From: Octopus sinensis
Taxonomy: Eukaryota
Direction: 5' to 3'
DNA: 37,066 bases
NCBI RefSeq assembly: GCF_006345805.1
Contig: NW_021835913.1
Span: 1-37,066 of the forward strand
The translations under genes and the position numbers were made by a program. A model generated the notes under the pieces. That model was not told the origin of the DNA and did not search any database. It saw only the letters and a list, made by a program, of their open reading frames with translations. Within the stretch, counting starts at the first letter, position 1. The number at the start of each line of letters is the position of its first letter. Shown in pieces: positions 11,700 to 23,316 of the stretch.

Positions 11700-11860
11700 G
11701 TCTGAATGACTGTTACATTGGTAGTGGTAGCGGTCATGGGGGTTGATGGAGACGGGCGGAGCAGCCAGTATTTAGTTAATGATGATGGTTCAAGCTGGCG
11801 ATAGTAACGAGAAATTATTGTAATGGCGATGGTGATGGTGGTGTCAAGAGCTATACTTTG

Positions 11861-11921
<61 letters not shown>

Positions 11922-12361
11922 GTGGAGTAGTAACATTTTGATAGAATCGAGATAAGTATACGTTTGTGATGGTGGGATGATGGAGTTGAAGTGACCGTAT
12001 TCGAGTATTAGACGCTGTGGGATCGGGGGTAGCTGTACAGGGGGTTGAGGTGGTGTTGGTACCTTACTGTTGTGTAGTAGTGGTGGTAGTGTAGTAGAAC
12101 TCGAAGTAGTAGTAGTAATAGTAGTAGTAGTAGTAGTAGTAGTAGCAGCAGCAGTAGCAGCGGTAGCATTAGTAGTAGCAGCAGTAGCGTTAGTAGTAGT
12201 AGTAGTAGTAGTAGTAGCAGCAGCAGTAGTAGCGGTAGTAGAAGTAGTAGTCGTAGTAGTAGTAGCAGTAGTAGCGTTGGTAGTAGTAGTAGTAGTAGTA
12301 GTAGCAGCAGTAGCAGCGGTAGCGTTAGTAGTAGCAGTAGTAGCGTTAGTAGTAGTAGTTT

Positions 12362-12394
<33 letters not shown>

Positions 12395-12582
12395 AAGTAG
12401 TATGGTGACTATACACCGATAGTGGCGGGATCGAAATGTAGTACGATAGTAGTGTCGAAGCGAGTGCACTGCAGTAGTGGTAGCAGTACTCGTAGTGGTA
12501 CCATAGTAACTGTAATGAAGCTGTAGCAGTAACGTCGTGGTGGTTGAGGTAGCTATAGTGTCGAGGTGACTGTAATATATCT

Positions 12583-12620
<38 letters not shown>

Positions 12621-12803
12621 TGTTGTAGTAGTGGTGGCAGTAGTAGTGGTTGTAGTAGTAGTTGTAATAGCAGCAGCAGCAGCGGCAGTAGTAATAGTAG
12701 TAGTAGTAGTAAAAACAGAAGTAGCAACAAGAGCAGTATTACTAGCGCATAGTAAGAGTGACGGTAGTAGTATCGGTAGTAGTAGTGATGATAGTAGTAG
12801 TGA

Positions 12804-12837
<34 letters not shown>

Positions 12838-13042
12838 TGTGACGGTAGTAGTAGTTGTTGTAATGGTAGTATTAGTAGTAGTAGTGATGGTAGTAGTAGT
12901 TGTTGTTGTAATGGTAGTAGTAGTAGTAGTAGTAGTAGTAGCAGCAGCAGCTGTAGTAGTAGTAGTAGAAGTAGTAGTAGCAGCAGTAGCGTTAGTAGTA
13001 GTATTAGTGGTGGTAGTAGTAGTAGTAGTAGCAGCAGCAGCT

Positions 13043-13085
<43 letters not shown>

Positions 13086-13293
13086 TGGCGCTGCCGAGGT
13101 GACTATACGGTAGTGGTGATAGTGTTGGTGGTGGTAGTTGTGGTAATAGTAAATGTCAAAGTGACTATACTGCAATAGTGAGCACAGTGCTGTCGATACG
13201 ACTGACTATATAGACTACAGAACTTATACTACGATAGTAGCTTATAAAAGTATTAGTATTAGCATTAGTGGTAGTAGTAGTAGTAGTAGTGGC

Positions 13294-13335
<42 letters not shown>

Positions 13336-13354
13336 GGTGGTGGTGGTGGTGGTA

Positions 13355-13391
<37 letters not shown>

Positions 13392-16295
13392 CAGCATTAA
13401 TGGTGTGGTAGTAGTAGTAGTAGTAGTAGTAGTAGTATTAATAGTAGTAGTAGTAGCATTAGTGGTTTTCGTATTAGTATTAGTAGTAGTAGTAGTGTTG
13501 GTTGGCGCCGGTGCTGGTGGTGGCGGCCGTGGCGGTGGTGGCAACGGTGGTGGCGGCCGTGGCGGTGGTGGCATCGAGGAAATTCTACAGAGAAGAGGGT
13601 TTCTGTTGAAGTGTTTCGCTCGGCCTGAGAGACGCCACAAGAGAGAAACTTAAGCCTGACTGTTTTGGCCTCGATGACGTCATCGGGATGTGAGGAGCCG
13701 ACTTGGCTTACGTCATAGAAAGGCGGCGGTGGCGGCGGTGGCGGCGGTGGAAACGATAGCGTTTTATAGTGGTGGTGGTGGTGGTGGCGACGGCGGCGGT
13801 GGTGGTGGTGGTGGATAATGGCGGCGATGGTGGTGCCGATGGGTCCTGCCGATATTTGTCGGTGATGCTGGTTTCTTGATGGTGGTTTATTATATGTGAT
13901 GCTGACGATGTTGTCGTTGTTGTTGGTGGTGGTGGTGGATGGGTAGTGGTTATGGTGAGGGTTGATGGTGATGGTGGAGTGGTGGTGGTGATGGTGATGG
14001 TGATGGTGGTGGTGGTGTTGTTGAGGGTGATGTGATGGTGGTGGTGGTGGTGATGGTGATGGTGATGGTGGTGGTGGTGGTGAGGGTGATGGTGATGGTG
14101 GTATTGGTGATGGTGATGGTGATGGTGATGGTGGTAGTGGTGGTGATGGTGATGGTGATGGTGGTGGTGGTGGTGGATGGTGATGGTGATGGTGGTGGTG
14201 GTGGTGGTGATGGTGATGGTGATGGTGTAGTGGTGATGGGTGATGGTGATGGTGATGGTGGTAGTGGTGATGGTGGTGATGGTGATGTGGTAGTGGTGAT
14301 GGTGATGGTGTGATGGTGGTAGTGGTATGGTGAGGTATGGTGATGGTGGTATGGTGGTGGTGATGGTGATGGTGATGGTGGTGGTGGTGGTGGTGAGGTG
14401 ATGGTGATGGTGGTGTGGTGGTGGTGAGGGTGATGTGATGGTGGTATGGTGATGTGAGGGTGATGGTGATGGTGTAGTGGTGATGGTGAGGGTGATGGTG
14501 ATGGTGGTAGTGGTGATGGTGTGGTGATGGTGATGGTGGTAGTGATGATGGTGATGTGATGGTGGGGGGTAGTGGTGATGGTGAGGTGATGGTATGGTGG
14601 TAGTGGTGTGGTGATGTGATGTGTGGTGGTGGTGGTGGTGAGGGTGATGGTGATGGTGGTGGTGGTGGTGGTGAGGGTGATGGTGATGGTGGTAGTGGTG
14701 ATGGTGAGGGTGATGGTGATGGTGGTAGTGGTGATGGTGATGGTGATGGTGATGGTGGTAGTGGTGATGGTGAGGGTGATGGTGATGGTGGTGGTGGTGG
14801 TGGTGATGGTGATGGTGATGGTGGTAGTGGTGATGATGATGGTGATGGTGATGGTGATGGTGGTAGTGGTGATGGTGATGGTGATGGTGATGGTGGTAGT
14901 GGTGATGGTGAGGGTGATGGTGATGGTGGTAGTGGTGATGGTGATGGTGATGGTGATGGTGGTAGTGGTGATGGTGATGGTGATGGTGATGGTGGTAGTG
15001 GTGATGGTGATGGTGATGGTGATGGTGGTGGTGGTGGTGGTGAGGGTGATGGTGATGGTGATGGTGGTAGTGGTGATGGTGATGGTGATGGTGATGGTGG
15101 TGGTGGTGGTGGTGAGGGTGATGGTGATGGTGATGGTGATGGTGGTGGTGGTGGTGGTGAGGGATGGTGATGGTGATGGTGATGGTGGTAGTGGTGGTGG
15201 TGATGGTGATGGTGATGGTGGTGGTGGTGGTGGTGAGGGTGATGGTGATGGTGGTGGTGGTGGTGGTGATGGTGATGGTGATGGTGATGGTGATGGTGGT
15301 AGTGGTGATGGTGATGGTGATGGTGATGGTGGTAGTGGTGATGGTGATGGTGATGGTGATGGTGGTAGTGGTGATGGTGATGGTGATGGTGATGGTGGTG
15401 GTGGTGGTGGTGAGGGTGATTTCCTTGATGGTGATGTTGATGTTGCTTGGTAGTGATGTTCGTGACGATGGAGATGATAATAATGGCGGTAGTGGTATGG
15501 GGACGACGGTGGGGGGTGGATATGGTGATGATGTTGATGGTGGTGGTGGTGGTGGTGGTTGTGGTGATGGTGATGGTGGCGGTGGATATGGTGATAAGGT
15601 AGATAATGTTGATGGTGGTGGTGGTGGTGGTTGTGGTGGTGATGACAGCAGTCATAGTGGCGGTGGTAGTGGTGGTAATGGAGGCGGTGGCGACGGTGGT
15701 GGTGGTGTAGGACGTAATGGTGATGATGATGGTGGTGGTGATAACGCTAATGACAGTGGTGGCGGTAGTGGTGGTGGTGGTGGTGGCAGTGGTTTTGGTT
15801 GTCGTGGTGGTGGTGGTGGTCTTGAGGCTGGAACATTACGGCGGTGCTGACGGCGTCGGTGGAAGTTGCGATAATGGTGGCGATGACGGAGGTGATAATG
15901 ATGATAGTGATGGTGGTGACGACGATGGTGGCGCTGATGGTGGTGGTGGTGGTGGTGGTGATGGTGATGGTGGCGGTGATGCTGTTGTTGGAAATGTTGC
16001 TTGATGCGCCACTGGTGATGACAGAGATGATAATGCTAGTGACAGTGCTGAAGGTGGTGATGGTGCTATATAAGGTAGTGGTAGTGGTGGTGGTGGTGGT
16101 GGTGGTGGTAGTGGTGGCTGGTTCAAGAGATGTATCAAGGCTGGTGGTGGTGGTTGCGACGGCGATGGTTTTGACGAATGGTATGACAGTGACGGTGGGG
16201 TAGACGGCAGCTGTGACGCCAATAGTGATTATGAAAGAAAGTATAGTTTGATAGTAACCTTAGTGGTAGTAGAGCTGGTGGTGGTGGTAGTGTAT
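11700..16295. repeat. Compound G/T-rich trinucleotide domain: (GTA/GCA)n grading into (GGT/GAT)n with 24-30-bp higher-order units
   Basis: Direct reading. The top strand is strongly C-depleted, and GGTAGT(GGTGAT)nGGT units repeat over about 14690-15400. Confidence 0.95.
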
Positions 16296-16338
16296 GCACC
16301 TAACTAACCTTTGAACTATTGGTGACGATGGTTTAGGC

Positions 16339-17097
16339 CAGTGATTCTCAACCGGGGTCCATATGGCCCCTGAAAATCCATGTAAGATTTTTGGGGTCCA
16401 CACAACAAAAATAGTAAACTCGGGATCTTCAATAGTATTTTTAGGGTCCCTATAAAATATTTTGCTTTAACTGCATGTATTGGTATGTACTGCAAGAAAC
16501 AGCTAGGTTTCTTTCTCCAGCATTTTACATAGTACACCCTACACTAGTTTAATGTGGGGAAAATAATATAGGAATTTTGAAGGGAGTTTCTATAAAACTA
16601 GTTTTTAAACATCGAATGGCTACGGGAGTCCACTAAAATGAAATAGTAATCAAAGGGGTCCATTGATAAAAAATGGTTGGTGGCTGTGTGGTAAGTAGTT
16701 TGCTAACCAGCTACATGGTTCCGGGTTCAGTCCCACTGCGTGGCATCTTGGGCAAGTGTCTTCTGCTATAGCCCCGGCCGACCAATGCCTTGTGAGTGGA
16801 TTTGGTAGACGGAAACTGATAGAAACCTGTCGTATATATGTATATATGCATGTGTATATGTATGTGTGTGTGTGTTTGTGTGCCTGTGTTTGTCCCCCTA
16901 GTATTGCTTGACAACCGATGCTGGTGTGTTTACGTCCCCGTAACTTAGCGGTTCGGCAAAAAGAGACCGATAGAATAAGTACTGGGCTTACAAAAAGAAT
17001 AAGTCCCGGGGTCGATTTGCTCGACTAAAGGCGGTGCTCCAGCATGGCCGCAGTCAAATGACTGAAACAAGTAAGAGAGTAAAGAGAGTAACCCCTG
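16339..17097. mobile_element. hAT-like MITE whose right TIR is interrupted by a SINE
   Basis: Left TIR CAGTGATTCTCAACC; right TIR split as GGTTG(16679)|SINE|AACCCCTG(17097). Flanks GTTTAGGC/ATGTAGGC match 6/8. Confidence 0.65.
16680..17089 (+). mobile_element. SINE family B nested in the hAT MITE
   Basis: Near-full family B sequence starting GTGGCTGTGTGG. Confidence 0.85.
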
Positions 17098-17220
17098 ATG
17101 TAGGCCGTTGATATTGTTTGCTTTTGTTAACGTGTTGATGTTGTTGTTGTTTTCACAGCTAAGTCAATCCTGATCGAGCAGACCTATAACCAAAAGCCTC
17201 CCATTAGTGGCTACACTGTC

Positions 17221-17268
<48 letters not shown>

Positions 17269-17299
17269 TCATACATACATCGTTAGCCACAACACATTT

Positions 17300-17463
17300 T
17301 TTTCTCTCCTTGTTTCTCTCCTTGTTTTTTCTGTGTCCCTTCCTGTTGAAGAGCGTAGGCTCGAAACGTAAAAGACATTTTTCTATTCCTGAGCGTTATA
17401 CTAATACATCTGTTTGTTTTGTACACCACCTGTCTTCGTCTTTTGTTTTTTCGTAAACTCTCC
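17300..17463 (+). mobile_element. Hammerhead-like module abutting (TACA)n
   Basis: CTTC-CTGTTGA-A-GAGC-GTAG-GCTC-GAAAC-GT-A-AAAG at 17339-17374; homologous to 2633-2745. Confidence 0.6.
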
Positions 17464-17465
17464 CT

Positions 17466-17585
17466 ACATACATACATACATACATACATACACACATACA
17501 TACATGCATACATACATACATACATACATACATACATACATACATACATACATACATACATACATACATACATACATACATACAT
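17466..17585. repeat. (TACA)n microsatellite
   Basis: Direct reading. Confidence 0.95.
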
Positions 17586-17914
17586 AGACGCATTTTTATT
17601 TACAGATTTACACAAAATCCTAGAAATACTAACAAAAAGAGAAACTGTCTTGAAACCTCGAAATCCAATCTATTGGCAGCACAGAGAAAATTTGTAAGAC
17701 ATTCGAAAGATTCTCCACCGAAGATTCCTTAACGAATAGACGTATACACTTGGGTGTATGCATCAACAGTTTAACCAAGGCACTAACTCAACCACACATT
17801 TACAAAGACCGGGAACTCTCTTAACTCAAAAGTTTTGTCGCTTTGTTACAAACTGGTTTCCATTCTCTCTCTAGGAGAGCTAAAATCTCAAAGAAAATCA
17901 AACATACATATATG

Positions 17915-18137
17915 TTTCTTTATTACTCACAAAGGGTTAAACATAGAGGGGACAAACAAAGACAGACAAAGGGATTAAGTCGATTACATCGACCCCAGTG
18001 CGTAACCGGTACTTTATTTTTCGACCCCGAAAGGATGAAAGGCAAAGTCGACCACGGCGGAATTTGAACTCGGAACGTAACGACAGACGAAATAAGGCTA
18101 CGCATTTCGCCCGGCGTGCTAACGTTTCTGCCAGCTC
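17915..18137 (-). mobile_element. SINE family A1, full length
   Basis: Matches 46-260. Confidence 0.85.
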
Positions 18138-18172
18138 ATACGTACATAATACATGCATAAATGCACATATGT

Positions 18173-18464
18173 GGAGGCGTAATGGCCCAGTGGTTAGGGC
18201 AGCGGACTCGGGGTCGTAGGATCGCGGTTTCCATTCCCAGACCGGGCGTTGTGAGTGTTTATTCAGCGAAAGCACCTAAAGCTCCACGAGGCTCCGGCAG
18301 GGGGTGGTGGCGATCCCTGTTGTACCCTTTCGCCACAACTTTCACTCTTCTCTTGGCCTGCTCGCTTAGCCAGCGGGGTGGCGTCATTTGAAGGCTGAAA
18401 AAATGCGAAGCGCATTGTGACCAGCGATCTGTAACAACATATGATAGTCTAATCGGTCACGTGA
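18173..18464 (+). mobile_element. SINE family C (tRNA-like head, tail ending GTCACGTGA)
   Basis: GGAGGCGTAATGGCCCAGTGGTTAGGGC head with GGTTTCCATTCCC B-box-like motif; second copy at 23016. Confidence 0.8.
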
Positions 18465-18468
18465 CAAG

Positions 18469-18660
18469 CATACATGCATACATACATATATACATGCATG
18501 CATACATACATGCATGCATACATACATGCATACATACATACATGCATGCATACATACATGCATGCATACATACATACATACATGCTTACGTACATACATA
18601 CATACATACATGCATACATACATACATACATACATACATACATACATTCATACATACATA
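18469..18660. repeat. (CATA/CATG)n microsatellite
   Basis: Direct reading. Confidence 0.95.
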
Positions 18661-18790
18661 GAAGGGTGTCTCCCCAAAATTGTATACACCTTTTAACAAT
18701 TGAAAATTTAATTTTCGTTTCTTTTTAAATTTAACCTGTTAAAAAATAATAAAGAGAACCAGAGTAAGCTTTGAACAAAGAAAATCTACA

Positions 18791-18922
18791 GTTCAATATT
18801 TAAGAGATGAGGAATTATGTACATTATTTACATTATTTACATTTGACAGACACTTGACTTCATCTTGTTTGTTGTTAACACTACGTTTCGGCTGATATTC
18901 CCTCCAGCCTTCATCAGGTGCC
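18791..18922 (-). mobile_element. PLE-type hammerhead module, left arm of an inverted pair
   Basis: Reverse complement of 19440-19579; contains the hammerhead at 18877-18922. Confidence 0.75.
18877..18922 (-). ncRNA. Minimal type I hammerhead ribozyme
   Basis: GGCAC-CTGATGA-A-GGCTG-loop-CAGCC-GAA-ACGT-A-GTGTT. Stem III is a palindromic ACGT with no loop, and the cleavage triplet is GUA. Confidence 0.75.
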
Positions 18923-18925
18923 CAC

Positions 18926-18983
18926 GGGCATATGGCGTAGTGGTTAAAAGTGCGGGCTACTAACCCGAAGATTCCAAGTTCGA
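18926..18983 (+). mobile_element. Isolated tRNA-like SINE head truncated at (AAT)n
   Basis: GGGCATATGGCGTAGTGGTTAAAAG A-box and AGTTCGAT B-box-like motif. Confidence 0.55.
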
Positions 18984-19008
18984 TAATAATAATAATAATA
19001 ATAATGAC

Positions 19009-19058
<50 letters not shown>

Positions 19059-19285
19059 TAATAATAATGATAAATACTCGCAAAATACTTTCTATGTAAT
19101 CCCAAGGTTTAAAACAAACTTTTTTTTAAAACCTATGTATTAGACATTCACTAGTACAACACCAAAAAAACCCCCAAATATATGGCACACTAGGCATAAC
19201 GTGAACTTCCAACCTGTTGTCTTTTGAGGCCTCTGGGTGAGACTTGGAGCCAACTTGTACAAACATAAAGCAAAAGTCAAACATA

Positions 19286-19320
<35 letters not shown>

Positions 19321-19350
19321 TTAATAATGATAATAATAATAATAATAATA

Positions 19351-19389
<39 letters not shown>
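18984..19389. repeat. Two (AAT)n arrays (18984-19073 and 19287-19389) flanking a 213-bp insert
   Basis: Direct reading. Confidence 0.9.
19074..19286 (+). mobile_element. Probable R4/Dong-clade LINE 3' end inside (TAA)n
   Basis: ATACTCGCAAAATACTTTCTATGTAA reads ILRKILSM* after restoring one base, resembling the terminal ILRK motif of R4-type RLE domains. It is flanked by TAA repeats, the known Dong target. Confidence 0.45.
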
Positions 19390-19391
<2 letters not shown>

Positions 19392-19439
19392 TCGAAACAT
19401 ATCTTATGAATGAGAACCCATGTTCGAAATTTCCCCAAG

Positions 19440-19579
19440 ATACCCGATGAAGGCTGGAGGGTATATCAGCCGAAACGTTGCGTTAACAACAAACAAGATA
19501 AGGACAAATATCCATCAAATGTAAATAATGTAAATAATGTAAATAATGTATATAATTCCTCATCTCTTAAATATAGAAC
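19440..19579 (+). mobile_element. PLE-type module, right arm, with mutated hammerhead core (CCGATGA)
   Basis: Inverted copy of 18791-18922 with (AATGTAAAT)n repeats. Confidence 0.7.
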
Positions 19580-19683
19580 GTTTGTAAGTTTTTTCATGAT
19601 GTATTGTCTGCGCCTATCATTGCAGGAATTGGTTCTGTTTTTCAATATTTGCCTTGTGCTTATCTCTAATTTCAAATCTTTAT

Positions 19684-19777
19684 ATACTCTTTTACTCTTT
19701 TACTTGTTTCAGTCATTTGACTGCGGCCATGCTGGAGCACCGCCTTTAGTCGAGCAAATCGACTCCAGCACTTATTC
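19684..19777 (-). mobile_element. SINE family B, 3' fragment
   Basis: Tail sequence only. Confidence 0.8.
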
Positions 19778-20179
19778 AAATGTAAATAATGTAAAGAAAA
19801 TTTATCCTAAAGGTTTACTGGATGTTTAAAAATGCAGTCGAAGTCGCATGACAGTTTAGGGAGTTGTTTCAAACCAATCCACTAAGATGACTTACTATCA
19901 CTCGAATTAAATTTCAAGCAGATGAAACTGTGAAGGATGTCCACAAGAAACGCTTTGAAAGATTGCAGACTTCGACCAGCTCCACAAAGCAAGAAAGGGT
20001 ACAAAAAAAAAAACGTGTTGCTAGAGTTTAAGAAAGTCTGTGCGGCAAGTGAGACGTGAGGTAGGAATTTGAAAATCAAGCATTTATAGCATTTTGAAGC
20101 ACTATCATTTGACAAGTAGTATTTCAAGAACAGTCGAATGCTCTCAATGAAAAAGATCCGGATTGAAGAGTTTCAAAAA

Positions 20180-20690
20180 TTTTTTTTTTTTAATTTAATT
20201 TTTATTGGCTCAAAAAGCAAAGGCAAGGCCATGTAGGGGGACATGGAGTTATGTACAGGGAGGGTGGTCATACAAAGAAAACAGGCCATTTCCGGTCAAG
20301 AGAGACTATGGACCGAGCGGTCGTCGGCATCTTCATTATCTCGTCCGGCAGCTTATTCCACGGATCCGCAACCCGGACGGAGAAAGCTCCTCTCCTTCGA
20401 TTGAGATGAAATCGTCGCAGATAGAGCTTTTTGGAGTGACCCCGCAGCCCACGCTCCGGAGCAGGAGTGAAGAACAGCTCTTTCGAGAGGTTACACTTTC
20501 CGCTTATGATGTTGTGAGCAAGAATGAGATCACCACGGCGTCGTCGTTTATCGAGAGAATAAGGGTCGAGCGTCTTCAGCCTTTCTTCATAAGACAAATG
20601 TTTGAGACCAAGAACCATGCGGGTAGCCAACTTCTGAACTCTTTCGAGATGATGTATTTCTTTGAGGAGATAAGGAGAAAAGTGGCGATA
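20180..20690 (-). mobile_element. CR1-clade LINE 3' fragment
   Basis: ORF 20268-20729: [22 protein letters not shown]...SYEERL...RRRRGDLI...GLRGHSKKL...[13 protein letters not shown], a typical CR1 ORF2 C-terminus. Confidence 0.9.
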
Positions 20691-20714
20691 TATGAATGGT
20701 GTTTGGTAAAATGT

Positions 20715-21300
20715 GTAGAAAATGCACACTTTCCAACAAAAACTGTTTGGAGCGATGAGGCTACATGTAAATTAAGTATCTCGGTTAACCACAGCGATAG
20801 CAGCAACTAGGAGACTTGGGAATCCGCACATTACGTAGGAACATCATGTTAATTTGTCAGACGATAGAAAATGGGGTTGCTTATCATCAACCGGATTAAT
20901 TGGATCGTTCTTTTGTGACAGTACGGTGACTGGTCCTATTCAATTGAATCCGCGGTGGCAATCGGTCAAAGCAAGCATTCATGAAGACTTTGAAGATGTG
21001 GAGTTTATTTCCAGCATCACGGAGCACCCCAACAATACTATAATAATGTAAGGGCCCATCTTGTTAAGATTTTGCTAAACAAGTGGAATGGACGAAGAGG
21101 CTCAGTAGACTACACATCGCGTTCACCGGACTTCTCGTCATTAAACTTTTCTTTCTGAGGAGACTTCGAAGATAAAGTTTACGGTACAAAAACAGGCGAC
21201 CATTGACACATTGAACGTTGCCATTAAACAAAAATGCATACAAACACCGCTGAAATATTTCTTGATGTTTGCGATTCAAAATGTGCTTGTTTTCAGCTGT
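20715..21300 (+). mobile_element. Degenerate Tc1/mariner (DD41D-like) transposase
   Basis: [31 protein letters not shown] and SRSPDFSSL motifs across frameshifts. Confidence 0.7.
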
Positions 21301-21815
21301 ACATAAATTACATTTTGTTTTCCTATTTATACTTGACATGCATAGCTCAAGCATTTTCATTTTCACTGGATGTCAAAATTCGTATTATGCGTATTTACAT
21401 GGAAGTTATAATCTGATGACATACTCTTCTTTTATTCTTATGACTATGAAGGATGATGCTTAATTGCTGTAACATTGTTTAAACTTATCTTCCACCATAT
21501 GATAGTTCTTAGCCTCTCTGGGCTAGTTCGGTTTGTTGGACATGAGTTCTACTTCTTATAAAATCACATCTACATTGCATGACTGATTGAGCGGGCATGC
21601 ATTAATGCTTCTGCTCGCGAATTTTGGTATCTCGTTTGTTATATTTTTAAGCATGTCTAGGTGCAAGCTTGGCCCTGTAGTTAAAAAGCTCGTAGTTAAG
21701 AAACTTTACAACCACTTGGTTTAGGGTTCAGTCCCCTTATGTGGTACTGTAGCCTGGACCGACCTTTTGCAATGGAATTTGGTTAAGGAAACTATGTGAA
21801 AACACGTTATATATA

Positions 21816-22892
21816 AAGGGTTTCCCCAAAAATTTGATATCATTTGAGATGTAAATATCACAGAAACTACATTGTCAAAGCAAATGAAACTAAACAGGCT
21901 TAAGGTTGACCAACATAAAATCTATCCTTCCAGATTTGAATGAGAAATTCAAAAGTATGTGGATTCCATGAACAATTTCACAAATGTTCAATATGCGTAC
22001 CACCTGAGACACGGTGCAAGTCGGTAGTCCAGCTCATCCCAAGACGCTGCAGCATGTCTTGGGTAACAGTCTCCAGTGCCGTAGTGACTCTCTGCTTGAG
22101 TTCCTCTAGGTTTGCAGGGAGAGGGGGACATAGACCAGGCCTTTCACATAGCCCCAGAGAAAAATATCGCTAAGTGTTGGGTCAGGAGAACGTGGCGGCC
22201 ATTTCAACAGCACGTTGTCTTCATCACCAGCACGCCCGATCCATCTCCATCGCAGATTGTCATTGAGATAAGCCGGCACAGTGAGCTTTCAATAAGGTGA
22301 AGCATCGTCCTGCTGAAAAATGAAGTCTTCATGTTCATTTGCAATGAGCTCATCCATTAGCAAGTTCTGAAGCATTTGCAGATAAACATCGCCAGTCACA
22401 TTTCCCTCAAAAAAAAAAAAAACGGGCCATAAAGATGCTTCTTGGAGATGGCGCAGAACACATTCACTTTTGGTCAGCCCTTCTTGTGCTCAGCTTTTCT
22501 TCGCCCCAAATATAAACATTATGCTTATTAATTTTGCCATTCGTATGAAACGTGGCTTCATCACTGAAAGCAAGACGTTCATTGAACTCGGCTTCTTCAA
22601 GTTTCTCTTGCATTTCAACAAAGAATTGTTTGCGTTTTCGATTGTCATCTGCTGTTATGGCCTGAACGAGCTGCAGCTTGTAGAGTTTCATTAGCAAGCG
22701 CTTTTTCAGGACGCGCCAAACTGTCGTTGGAGGAATTTGGGATTCCAGACTTGTTCTTCTTATGGACTTTTTGGGGCTTCGCAAGAGTTTTTGGCGAACC
22801 CGCTTGACCGTCTCTTCCGATGTTAGTGATCGTACGGATCCTTTTGCCCCGCCCAGACAGCCTTCCTCTTTGAATTTTTTTGTGCCATGTCC
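21816..22892 (-). mobile_element. Tc1/mariner transposon, 5'-truncated, DDxD catalytic domain with 46-residue spacing
   Basis: FSDEATFHTNG (ORF 22464-23009), FQQD...WPPRSPDPTLSDIFLWGYVK. The terminus TA|AAGGGTTTCCCCAAA at 21816 has a duplicate TA|CAGGGTTTCCCCAAA at 22934. Confidence 0.85.
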
Positions 22893-23015
22893 AATTTGGT
22901 TAACGGAAACTATGTGAAAACACGTTATATATACAGGGTTTCCCCAAAAATTTGATATCATTTGAGATGTAAATATCAAAGAAACTACATAGTGAAAGCA
23001 TGTATACATAGATAT

Positions 23016-23308
23016 GGAGGCGCAATGGCCCAGTGGTTAAGGCAGCAGACTCGCGGTCGTAGGATCGCGGTTTCGATTCCCAGACCGGGCGTTGTGAGTA
23101 TTTATTGAGCGAAAACACCTAAAGCTCCACGTAGCTCCGGTAGGGGTGGTGGTGATCCCTGCTGTACTCTTTCACCACAACTTTCTCTCACTCTGTCTTC
23201 TATTGGCCTGCTCGCTTAGCCAGCGGGGTGGCGTCATTGAAGGCTAAAACAATGACCAGCGATGTGTAGTAACATATGATGGCCTGGTCGGTCACGTGAT
23301 CACGTGAT
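23016..23308 (+). mobile_element. SINE family C
   Basis: Matches 18173-18464. Confidence 0.8.
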
Positions 23309-23316
23309 ATATATAT

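Noticed and set aside
13397-15655. 752-aa His/Pro/Ser-rich ORF, and other long ORFs at 11844-16222
   Set aside because: Triplet repeats lacking stop codons give long ORFs in several frames on both strands. There is no domain or splice context, and the reading switches among H, PS and T runs as expected from slippage.
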